Positions 32,606 to 40,681 of a stretch of 64,000 bases of DNA are shown in pieces; within the stretch, counting starts at the first letter, position 1, and the number at the start of each line of letters is the position of its first letter. Where the stretch lies: NCBI GenBank assembly GCA_965230895.1, contig OZ246394.1, positions 185,316 through 249,315 on the forward strand, in the 5' to 3' direction. The notes under the pieces were generated by a model that was not told where the DNA came from, made no database searches, and saw only the letters and a list, made by a program, of their open reading frames with translations. This stretch comes from an uncultured Gammaproteobacteria bacterium (GTDB lineage Bacteria > Patescibacteriota > Microgenomatia > Levybacterales > UBA12049). The translations under genes were made by a program, and so were the position numbers.

Positions 32606-33202
32606 TTAGGTTAATTCTTCTATTTGCTTGATTACTATTTGCCAGTTTGGTACTTCAACTCCGAAATGTATGGCTGAAAGGTTGGCTTGGCGGACTCTTT
32701 GGATATATTTGCCGTGATCATCCACCAGTACCGTAATACCTAAGTTCTTGCATTGGACGACTTTATCAATCTGTTTTTTTGTTGGGTCGGAAAAGGAGTA
32801 ATTATCGTCGATTATCAACCCATGTTCGAGTAGGCCCCACTTTGTCAATGTCTGATGGACATATTTACGCACATCAGCATCAAATTCGCCATTGCTGTCG
32901 CACCCCCGTGCTGTCACGAGATAGGTCCGATGCCCCATGTCGTTGAGCGTTTTTATTGCACTGTCTACCCCAGACATCATTTGCATATCAGCAAAAAATT
33001 GCTGCGAGTTTATATGATTATGACGTAAGTGTTGATACATAATATAATCAGTATCAGAGAAACTATAACGGTCTTTTGAATTGGGCGCTTCTATTTTGCA
33101 AATTTGATAACCAAGTTTGTTGGCTATAGCATTTTCCAAAATTGCCATGGCAGTAGCGTTATTTGTGTTAATCACACCATCAAAGTCTATTCCAATATTC
33201 AT
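32606..33202 (-). CDS. HAD-superfamily 5'(3')-deoxyribonucleotidase-like hydrolase
   Basis: IGIDFDGV motif I (DxDGV) and an NT5C-like pattern. Confidence 0.5.
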   Translation of the reverse strand: MNIGIDFDGVINTNNATAMAILENAIANKLGYQICKIEAPNSKDRYSFSDTDYIMYQHLRHNHINSQQFFADMQMMSGVDSAIKTLNDMGHRTYLVTARGCDSNGEFDADVRKYVHQTLTKWGLLEHGLIIDDNYSFSDPTKKQIDKVVQCKNLGITVLVDDHGKYIQRVRQANLSAIHFGVEVPNWQIVIKQIEELT

Positions 33203-33265
33203 GCGATAATTATACTTGACATGCCTATCCTTGACAAACAGGGCTTTGTGTTACATCATAACATC

Positions 33266-33751
33266 ATGATTAAGGTATACGATGTAGAAAAAAATCCAAT
33301 TGAGGTTGACGAAAAAAATCTCATAATGAAACATAACGTTTATGGCATTGCCATTAAAGACGGAAAAGTTCTCATTGTGCCACAATGGCATGATGATGGC
33401 TTTGATTTCCCTGGCGGACATGTAGAACTTGGTGAGCACCACTTGGATGCTTTGAAGAGAGAATTCTTTGAAGAGACAGGACTTGATATTGAAATTGGTC
33501 AGCTGATTTGTGCTGATACGGTTTTCTTTAAACACCCCAAACGAGACTATCCGACTCAACATATAGGTTTGGTTTATGGAGTTACTATCAAGAGTGACAA
33601 AATTTCGATGGATAATTTCGATAAACATGAAAAAACTTATGCTAGAAAAGCAAAGTTTGTGACTCCTGATGAGTTGAAAAGTCTGCGATACATGAGTGGT
33701 TTGCATAAGCAACTGCCGACAATTATTACACATATCAGCCAGCTGATATAA
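33266..33751 (+). CDS. NUDIX hydrolase
   Basis: Nudix box GGHVELGEHHLDALKREFFEETG; start taken at MIKVYD inside ORF 33104..33751. Confidence 0.7.
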   Translation: MIKVYDVEKNPIEVDEKNLIMKHNVYGIAIKDGKVLIVPQWHDDGFDFPGGHVELGEHHLDALKREFFEETGLDIEIGQLICADTVFFKHPKRDYPTQHIGLVYGVTIKSDKISMDNFDKHEKTYARKAKFVTPDELKSLRYMSGLHKQLPTIITHISQLI

Positions 33752-33768
33752 TTTAAAACTGATTTACT

Positions 33769-34332
33769 GTGACCAATAAACAATTTCTACAAGCAAAAGA
33801 ATTAGCATTAGCATTGTTGCATCAAGATAAAGCAAAAGAATTAGCATGTCATGTGCAGTTTGTAGTAATGGTTGGACTTGAATTAGCACAAAAGTATAAT
33901 GTCGATACAAAGATCATAGAACTGAGTTGTCTCCTTCATGATGTCGGAAGAAGTCATGAAATAGAAGACGAGGATCATGGAGATTCTGGTGCTCGTATAA
34001 CAGCAGATTTATTAAGGGATGTAGGGATACCCAAGAAGGAATTTACTACTATTCTTGAGTGCATTCAGAAGCACACTAAAAATTTGCCTTCATATACAAT
34101 TGAACAAAAGATAGTTATAACTGCAGATGGTGCGTCTAAGGTTTTATATCACGAAGCATTTATGCTCCTTTGTAAAAAGCAAACTTATCATGAAAAATTG
34201 GAATGGGGTAAAAAATACCTTGAGAAGGGTTATAAAAGGACACTGATGCCGGAGTACAAAAAAACTCTCGTTAATAAATACAAATCTATTAAAACAACTT
34301 ACGCTTCTATCTCAAGTCCAGTTGAGGCATAG
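33769..34332 (+). CDS. HD-domain phosphohydrolase
   Basis: H...LLHDVGR...D pattern; 17 nt after the NUDIX gene. Confidence 0.6.
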   Translation: MTNKQFLQAKELALALLHQDKAKELACHVQFVVMVGLELAQKYNVDTKIIELSCLLHDVGRSHEIEDEDHGDSGARITADLLRDVGIPKKEFTTILECIQKHTKNLPSYTIEQKIVITADGASKVLYHEAFMLLCKKQTYHEKLEWGKKYLEKGYKRTLMPEYKKTLVNKYKSIKTTYASISSPVEA

Positions 34333-34391
34333 CCACAATACCTCACCGTTACACATTGAGCTAACAAAAACTTTATTCTATCCTTGAGGAC

Positions 34392-34985
34392 ATGAAAGAG
34401 CGTCCAACATTTATTACGCTTCATGGCATAGATGGTACGGGTAAGACAACAACTGCTGCGAGAGTCACAACAAGACTTTCTAATAGTGGATTGCGTGTTG
34501 TTAATTATGACGTCTATGAAAATGAAAATACAGACAATCCGTTCTCTCTTGCCAAAAAACGAGTTTTGCAAGATGCATCACCTCATGCTCAATTCGCTTA
34601 TTTTTTAGGATCCACGCTCTACCATAGTAGTCAGATAGAAAATCTCATTGGAGATGGAAACCATGTGTTAAAAAGTCGGTATGTAGATGATGTAGTGGCA
34701 CATCATAGCCATATAGGAGTTCAAGATGCTGATGCAATAGCATCTATGTTTCCGATTTTGCAGCCAGATTTTAAAGTTATTTTAACTCTAGAAGAAAATG
34801 TCAGAAGGCAGAGAATATTGAATCGAGGAGAATTGGATGACAGGGATAAAGAAGTTAGAACAGCGGAGAGTAGATTGGATTACTTTGAAAAATATTTATT
34901 GGATAGAAATGATGCGTTATTGAGATCAGGAAATGCCTTGAAGCTTGATACTACTGAATCTGAGCCTGAGGAAATAGCTGAATAA
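34392..34985 (+). CDS. thymidylate-kinase-family (d)NMP kinase
   Basis: P-loop ITLHGIDGTGKTT, DRY-like SRYVDD, and a LID-region R-rich segment. Confidence 0.55.
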   Translation: MKERPTFITLHGIDGTGKTTTAARVTTRLSNSGLRVVNYDVYENENTDNPFSLAKKRVLQDASPHAQFAYFLGSTLYHSSQIENLIGDGNHVLKSRYVDDVVAHHSHIGVQDADAIASMFPILQPDFKVILTLEENVRRQRILNRGELDDRDKEVRTAESRLDYFEKYLLDRNDALLRSGNALKLDTTESEPEEIAE

Positions 34986-35014
34986 ATTGTATTTCGCTTG
35001 TTTAATAAATATTC

Positions 35015-36091
35015 ATGAAAGAAGCAATAGGATTTAATACTGAAAAATATCTTGAGTCGCAAACAAATCATATTAATAGAAAAATTCAAGCATTGGAAGG
35101 CGCTCCTGTCTTTATGGAATTTGGTGGTAAACCTTTTGGGGATCACCATGCGGAAAGAGTACTGCCAGGTTATGAAGCAAATTGCAAAGCGAGATTACTT
35201 GCTGATTTAATGCCATCAAGCAAAATTGTCATGGTGGTAAATGCAAAAGATATTTTATTACCTGAATATGGTAGGACACTAAAAGGTCGGGTTAGAGGAG
35301 ATTCACAATTAACGTACGACGACGAAACGATTAGACTAGTTAACCATTCAAGAGAGCTAGGACTTAGTATTAATAATGTCGTATTAGCAGTCTCACCTAA
35401 TAGCCCGACAGATGTGGATAAAAGAGCGATTGACAGTTTTAGAAACGAATTAGACCGAGAAGGTATAAAGATGTATCAACACTTTGAAGTTCAAGGGTAT
35501 CCAAGTACAAATGTAATTGATCACGCAGAAGAGGTATTTAATAAAAACGATAGAATTACGAACGGCACTGAACACCTAATTGCATTTAGTCCGGGTGGAG
35601 GAAGTGGTAAGTTTGGTGTGCTCCTTTCCGAGATATACCGATCATTACAGGAAGGTTACAATCCAAATTATATTAAATTTGAAACATTTCCTATATTTAC
35701 TGTTGATTCACATCATGCGTTAAATCTTGCATTTGAAGCGGCAACAGCAGATTTACAAAACAAAGTTATTTCTCTTAGCGCAGACCCAAATAATCCTATT
35801 ACTACATATGACAAAGATATTGAGAATTATTTTTTGTTAAAAAAGGTATTTGGCTTATATGGAAGAGTTTATAATCCTGTAGATGATATGTGTGATCCTA
35901 CGGCAATGTCAGTGAATACAATAATGGAGGGTGTTACTGACGAACAAGTTGTTATATTTGCCTGCGGAGATGAGATAAGAAGAAGAGTCAAGCGTTACGA
36001 ATATGAAGTAGATTTAGGGATTGAAAAAACTTCTACCCTGGAACGTGCAAAAGAAATCTTTGATATTTTTAGGGCAAGATATGGAGACTAA
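35015..36091 (+). CDS. DUF1846/UPF0371-like protein (shorter than typical family members)
   Basis: N-terminus MKEAIGFNTEKYLESQ...FMEFGGKPFGDHHAERVLPGYE matches my recollection of the UPF0371 family start; identification from memory only. Confidence 0.35.
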   Translation: MKEAIGFNTEKYLESQTNHINRKIQALEGAPVFMEFGGKPFGDHHAERVLPGYEANCKARLLADLMPSSKIVMVVNAKDILLPEYGRTLKGRVRGDSQLTYDDETIRLVNHSRELGLSINNVVLAVSPNSPTDVDKRAIDSFRNELDREGIKMYQHFEVQGYPSTNVIDHAEEVFNKNDRITNGTEHLIAFSPGGGSGKFGVLLSEIYRSLQEGYNPNYIKFETFPIFTVDSHHALNLAFEAATADLQNKVISLSADPNNPITTYDKDIENYFLLKKVFGLYGRVYNPVDDMCDPTAMSVNTIMEGVTDEQVVIFACGDEIRRRVKRYEYEVDLGIEKTSTLERAKEIFDIFRARYGD

Positions 36092-36100
36092 AAATATTAC

Positions 36101-36667
36101 TTATTCAAGTATTTCCATTGCGAGGCCTTCTTCTAGAAGTTGACGGATATAGACGGATTTGGGGAGATTTTTCTTCTTCGAAATCTGATTGAGTTTGTTG
36201 ACCATCTCTGTTGGAAAAAGTACGTTATATTTTTGGTATTTTTTGATGGGGTTGCATTCTAGAGCTTCTTGAATAATCCTGAAAAGTGTTTCTTTGGTGT
36301 ATTCATAAATATAGATATTTTTATTAAGATTAAGCTGATCAGATGTCATCACATCTGGAGGTGCGTTCTTTGATTTCAGCATGATGATTTCTTTTCCTTG
36401 CTGAATCGCATGAGAAATTTCAAACCCGACATGTACGCTTGGGTATGTGCATTCTGCAATGACAATATCGCTTTTGGCTATATTCGCGTAGAACGTATTG
36501 AAGAATGCAGTCCTTCTAGTCTCATTCCAGGAATAGAGAGTCTCAACGGAAACTGAAAAGCTTTGAATCACTGTATGCCCAGCATCAGTAAGATAATTGG
36601 CAATCGCCAGAAAATGTTCTTTAGATTTGGCAGATATTTCAATCGGAGCTAGTAAAGCGATGCGCAT
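36101..36667 (-). CDS. nucleoside 2-deoxyribosyltransferase/Rcl (dNMP N-glycosidase)-like domain fused to a C-terminal ribbon-helix-helix
   Basis: N-terminal IALLAPIE...DIVIAECTYPSVHVGFEISHAIQQGK (DRT-like Rossmann pattern); C-terminal FPTEMVNKLNQISKKKNLPKSVYIRQLLEEGL matches the CopG/Arc beta-alpha-alpha pattern. Confidence 0.45.
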   Translation of the reverse strand: MRIALLAPIEISAKSKEHFLAIANYLTDAGHTVIQSFSVSVETLYSWNETRRTAFFNTFYANIAKSDIVIAECTYPSVHVGFEISHAIQQGKEIIMLKSKNAPPDVMTSDQLNLNKNIYIYEYTKETLFRIIQEALECNPIKKYQKYNVLFPTEMVNKLNQISKKKNLPKSVYIRQLLEEGLAMEILE

Positions 36668-36668
36668 A

Positions 36669-36887
36669 TTATTTTATCGGGATGTATAAGCCATAACAGA
36701 TATTCGCTTTTCTTTTTGATAATCCCAATTGCATGCTATTTTCTGCAAAAATCTCCAGAAATTCTTTACTTATATTCTTTCTTCGATCGAGAAGAATATC
36801 GTCGACATATTCATACCCTTTCCGGATTGCGTTGTTGGGTGTGAGTTCTTCATTAAATAATGGTGATAAACCTGCATGTTTCATCAT
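36669..36887 (-). CDS. small hypothetical protein, paralog A
   Basis: 72 aa; shares TPxxAxxKGYxYVxDI ... FxE ... GLYI blocks with ORF 37028..37258. Confidence 0.35.
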   Translation of the reverse strand: MMKHAGLSPLFNEELTPNNAIRKGYEYVDDILLDRRKNISKEFLEIFAENSMQLGLSKRKANICYGLYIPIK

Positions 36888-37027
36888 TATATTTATGTCG
36901 TAAGCATAGGATCTATGCTAATATCTGTCAAAAATACTCAGAAAATAAGTGCAAAGCTATCTGTTTTAGATTGATATATCAAAAATAATTAATGTTGGTA
37001 TTGTTGTAATACTTTTGACAACAAACA

Positions 37028-37258
37028 CTATATTCTTCGGATATATAACCCAAAATGTTTCTTCTTAGGTTTTCCTAACGGCTCACCTATCTTGTACCCT
37101 TGTATTTCAGCAAACTCTAAAAGATCAAGGAGTGTTTTGTACAAATTTGGAATGTCTTCAACATACTTATATCCTTTAGTTGGAGCTGTTTGTGGAGTAA
37201 GATTTGTATCAATTATAGAAAGTTTCTTCTTATGAATAATTTGTTCACAGAGACACAT
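37028..37258 (-). CDS. small hypothetical protein, paralog B
   Basis: 76 aa; paralogous to 36669..36887. Confidence 0.35.
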   Translation of the reverse strand: MCLCEQIIHKKKLSIIDTNLTPQTAPTKGYKYVEDIPNLYKTLLDLLEFAEIQGYKIGEPLGKPKKKHFGLYIRRI

Positions 37259-37340
37259 ATTTATCTATGTCAGTATATGTTATATATTGCTTGAATGCTT
37301 GATATTAAAATGATAAAATAATGACGGAATTAGCTTTAAA

Positions 37341-38471
37341 ATGAAATATAATTTTTCAGAGAAGATTTTAGCTCCTAATTTTCGTAAAGATATTACGGAT
37401 CAGATTGAGGTTCTTATCTCAACAGGGTCATCATTTAATATTATTGGAATGCCATTTGTGGGGATTTCCCCTTTTTTTAGATATTTGGCGACAACAAGTT
37501 CTTCATACTCCATTTACACTGATGTTCATGCGTTATCGAATAGAAAGAAGGAAGATTTATTTTTGGCAATATATAAAGAGTTAGGCGGAACAGAATCAAT
37601 ACCTACTTATGAAGCATTTGACTATTGTAAAGAGATTTTAAAGGAATTACTTTCTACACAAAAAAAAGTTGTGCTAATGATTAATAGATTTGATTATTTA
37701 GAGAAGTCAGAGTACTCCAATGGAATATTTACTAATCTAAAAGCGCTTGAAGATATTGGTAAGGGGAGAGTAATTTTTGTAGTCGCTACAAGTAAACCTC
37801 TTTATGAAATTGATGAGGCAGCAATTTCTGATAGTAATCTTGCCTTTTTTTCAAAAATCGTATTCTTCCCTCCTTATTATGGTGAGGATTTGAAAAAGCT
37901 ACTTTTAATAAGTCCAACTGCTTTGAAGCCTGAACCAAAGGATTTAAGAACGGCACTCGATTTAAGTGGTGGTCATGCAACGCTACTTCAAGTTTTAATA
38001 AAAACCGATTTTCTAAATGATCCTTTTTCTGATCCTTTTATTAAACTACACTTAAAGGTCATTTATGATGCTTGTAGTACAAAACAGAAAAATATACTAT
38101 ATAAATTAGCTGTGGGGAGTAGATTAAAAGAAATAGATCCCTTCCTGATAAAAATAGGTATTATAAAAGAAATAAATGGCAGCTTTTACGTCTTTAGCCC
38201 CCTCTTTAGAACATTTTTGATTAATTATGTAAAACTAAAATTTTCTAAGAAAGAAAAAGTATTGTTTACGCTTTTAAAAAAGCACTTAGGTAGAACAGTC
38301 CTAAAAGATCAAATATTTCAAGAACTTTGGAAAGAAGATTTTGATAAACCTACGGATTGGGCTCTAAACTCTTTGGTTTATCGTTTAAGAAAAAATCCAA
38401 CAGTTATAAATAATAAATATATTATCGAGAATGAGAAAGATATTGGTTATAAGCTACTAAAGGGGAATTAG
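37341..38471 (+). CDS. ATPase-like domain (degenerate P-loop) fused to C-terminal OmpR/PhoB-type winged-helix DNA-binding domain
   Basis: N-terminal ...NIIGMPFVGISPF (GxxxxGIS in place of GxxxxGKS); C-terminal ...LFTLLKKHLGRTVLKDQIFQELW...WALNSLVYRLRKN...IENEKDIGYKL matches the trans_reg_C pattern. Confidence 0.45.
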   Translation: MKYNFSEKILAPNFRKDITDQIEVLISTGSSFNIIGMPFVGISPFFRYLATTSSSYSIYTDVHALSNRKKEDLFLAIYKELGGTESIPTYEAFDYCKEILKELLSTQKKVVLMINRFDYLEKSEYSNGIFTNLKALEDIGKGRVIFVVATSKPLYEIDEAAISDSNLAFFSKIVFFPPYYGEDLKKLLLISPTALKPEPKDLRTALDLSGGHATLLQVLIKTDFLNDPFSDPFIKLHLKVIYDACSTKQKNILYKLAVGSRLKEIDPFLIKIGIIKEINGSFYVFSPLFRTFLINYVKLKFSKKEKVLFTLLKKHLGRTVLKDQIFQELWKEDFDKPTDWALNSLVYRLRKNPTVINNKYIIENEKDIGYKLLKGN

Positions 38472-38863
38472 ATAGTTTTTTCTGTAGGGTTTTTAAAATC
38501 TAATACGACTGTTTCCTTCTTTTCCCCAACTTTTGCTGTTATAGAATCTATTTCCCAGCCTTCGCCAGCTTTTGGAACAACTTGTTCAGGATCATAAGTA
38601 ACTTCTATTGCATCGCCTACTTTAAGATCGCGCATTAAAAGCTTTCCATATACTGCTTGGGCATTTTCGCCTCTAACACTATAAGGTCGTGGGTCTATTT
38701 TTGCGACTGATTGATCAGCAAGGCCTCTTTCAGGGGTAATTTGAAAAGTAACTTTTGCTCGAGAGTTATCTCCGTCGGGTAATCCAAGTGGATTTGGGAT
38801 TTCTGCACGGTGATGCGCAACAATTCCTCGAATCTTTATTGGTTGTCTTTCTGCATTACTCAT
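38468..38863 (-). CDS. hypothetical protein
   Basis: 131-aa ORF; no motif. Confidence 0.3.
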   Translation of the reverse strand: MSNAERQPIKIRGIVAHHRAEIPNPLGLPDGDNSRAKVTFQITPERGLADQSVAKIDPRPYSVRGENAQAVYGKLLMRDLKVGDAIEVTYDPEQVVPKAGEGWEIDSITAKVGEKKETVVLDFKNPTEKTI

Positions 38864-38918
38864 TAGAGAGTATTATACTCTAGGTCTAATGAAATGTCAA
38901 TAGTAGAGTCTAAAAAGC

Positions 38919-38950
38919 AAAAAGCATAAAAATACCATTTTATGCTTTTT
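38919..38950 (-). terminator. intrinsic terminator hairpin (perfect 13-bp stem, 6-nt loop)
   Basis: AAAAAGCATAAAA-atacca-TTTTATGCTTTTT, immediately downstream of the GlcG-like gene on the minus strand, with a U-run following the stem. Confidence 0.55.
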
Positions 38951-38970
38951 GTGTTGTTATTGTTAAAGTC

Positions 38971-39375
38971 TTACGATTGAAGGACTTCTGCTGCAGCCTT
39001 AGCGCATTGAGCATCTTGACTCACATCAAGAGAACCTCCTACACCAACTCCGCCGACAACTTTTCCTCCTACCATTACAGGAGCACCTCCTGCGATAGTT
39101 GTGAGTTCTCCACCAAAGAGAGTGTTCAGTCCAAAATATGGTTTTTCTTCAACGACGTATCCTGCGAGTCCTTCTGTTGGACTGCCTAAGTTCGCTGAAG
39201 TAAATGCTTTCGCAAATGCAAACCGAGGGCTTATATGTAATGCCCCATCCATCTTGCTAACAGCAATAATACTTCCGTGGTCGTCAACAATTACTGTCGT
39301 AACTGCTACTCCCAGTTCAGCTGCTTTTGCTTCTGCTGCTACTAAAGCCTGTTTTGCTTTTTCTAGAGTAATCAT
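38971..39375 (-). CDS. GlcG/HbpS-like (DUF336) heme-binding-fold protein
   Basis: G-rich C-terminal block (VMVGGKVVGGVGVGGS) and the overall DUF336 pattern. Confidence 0.6.
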   Translation of the reverse strand: MITLEKAKQALVAAEAKAAELGVAVTTVIVDDHGSIIAVSKMDGALHISPRFAFAKAFTSANLGSPTEGLAGYVVEEKPYFGLNTLFGGELTTIAGGAPVMVGGKVVGGVGVGGSLDVSQDAQCAKAAAEVLQS

Positions 39376-39570
39376 TAAGATATCACCCCCTTTCAGATTA
39401 AATAATACATTATTAGATTAATTAATTGCTGTCAAGATAGTACTTGCATTTTTTGGAAAAAGTGCTATAATGCGCATAACTTATAGTAAATGACTATATA
39501 TTATTGTTAAGCTAACACTAGCAATTTTTAAAAGTATATAGTATATTTCTATATAGAGCGTGAATTTAAT

Positions 39571-40638
39571 ATGAGTGAAGCACTTTTTAGAGGCGGAGCC
39601 GACAAAGCAAAATTCCGTGCACCAGCACAGGGAAGCTCCGGTGCTGAGCAAATTGCCTCAGTTACTCCAATCACAGACGCACCATCATCTCCTGCGAGAA
39701 GAGAATCAACTCGATTAAATATCAAAGATCCTCGTCATGTAGATCAAGCAGCAAGAATCCTTACAGAAACAACAGACCCTGTATTTGTACAGTTTGGTAA
39801 TATCCATGGTGTATTTGGCCATCCATCTGACGAAGCAGTAAGTAGTATTAACGAATTTAAAGGCCGAAAACCTGATCAGGTTGGAAGTATTACTACAACA
39901 CAAAAGCATTGGGAAGGTATTGCAGATTGGTCACAACTTGATCCTGAAGCTATTTCAAAAGGAACTGCACTTGAAATTGTCCGGGACTTAAGTAATATTG
40001 GACCAATAGGTGCAGTACTTCCAGCAGCTGAGCATATTCCAGGGTTATTATCTAAAAAAGATGCATATAACGGAGGCCCAATCAGAACTGTACAGTTGAT
40101 TGTGCCTGGTACTGGAGCTCCAGCAGAGGCAGTCTTTAGTAGAGCAGCGGATCTTATGCCTGATAAACCATTCGTATTCGCGACATCAGGAAATACATCA
40201 AAAGCTGTAAACGACGGAAAAGAGCAGCCAGCGCATCATAGATATGAAGATCTTGTCGCTGAGTTTGAAAGCCACGGTCATGATGGTATTACCGTTATTA
40301 CAGCGCAAAATGAAGCTCGCGCAAAGCATAAATTCCCATACAATGATCATAGATCAACATCAATTCTTCGATTACATGATGTTGTCCGACAAGAAAATGG
40401 AGAACCACAGCTTGATGAGCAAGGACGAAAAATTCTTGAAGTTACCCGTGATGGATCAATGCATCAAGGTGTCCTTCGTGAAGTCTTAGCAAATCATGGC
40501 TATGGAGTTATCTTCCCTGCTCCTGAAAAGCGTGTACCTATTCGAGATTATTCTGAAGCAGAACGAAGAATGCGTGCATTACGAACCAAAAAAGCAGATA
40601 TTCTCTACCGATTGGGTATGACTCCTGCACATAGATAA
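39571..40638 (+). CDS. divergent YrdC/Sua5-fold protein with C-terminal extension
   Basis: ...VFVQFGNIHGVFGHPSDEAVSSINEFKGRKPDQ...TVQLIVPGTG...FATSGNTSK parallels the YrdC motifs (PTDTVYGLG, IKGR, TVGVRIP, TSANxSG); has extra N- and C-terminal regions. Confidence 0.35.
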   Translation: MSEALFRGGADKAKFRAPAQGSSGAEQIASVTPITDAPSSPARRESTRLNIKDPRHVDQAARILTETTDPVFVQFGNIHGVFGHPSDEAVSSINEFKGRKPDQVGSITTTQKHWEGIADWSQLDPEAISKGTALEIVRDLSNIGPIGAVLPAAEHIPGLLSKKDAYNGGPIRTVQLIVPGTGAPAEAVFSRAADLMPDKPFVFATSGNTSKAVNDGKEQPAHHRYEDLVAEFESHGHDGITVITAQNEARAKHKFPYNDHRSTSILRLHDVVRQENGEPQLDEQGRKILEVTRDGSMHQGVLREVLANHGYGVIFPAPEKRVPIRDYSEAERRMRALRTKKADILYRLGMTPAHR

Positions 40639-40681
40639 CTCCTAAATTGACTATTGCCTAGCATTTACCCATAATAAATTT

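Noticed and set aside
33104-33265. N-terminal extension of the NUDIX ORF overlapping the HAD nucleotidase gene
   Set aside because: Nudix-fold proteins of this size start near MIKVYD; the extension is antisense to the HAD gene's N-terminal coding region.
40244-40489. 81-aa ORF inside the YrdC-like gene and similar <100-aa ORFs listed across the track
   Set aside because: Nested in longer, better-supported frames; no independent evidence.
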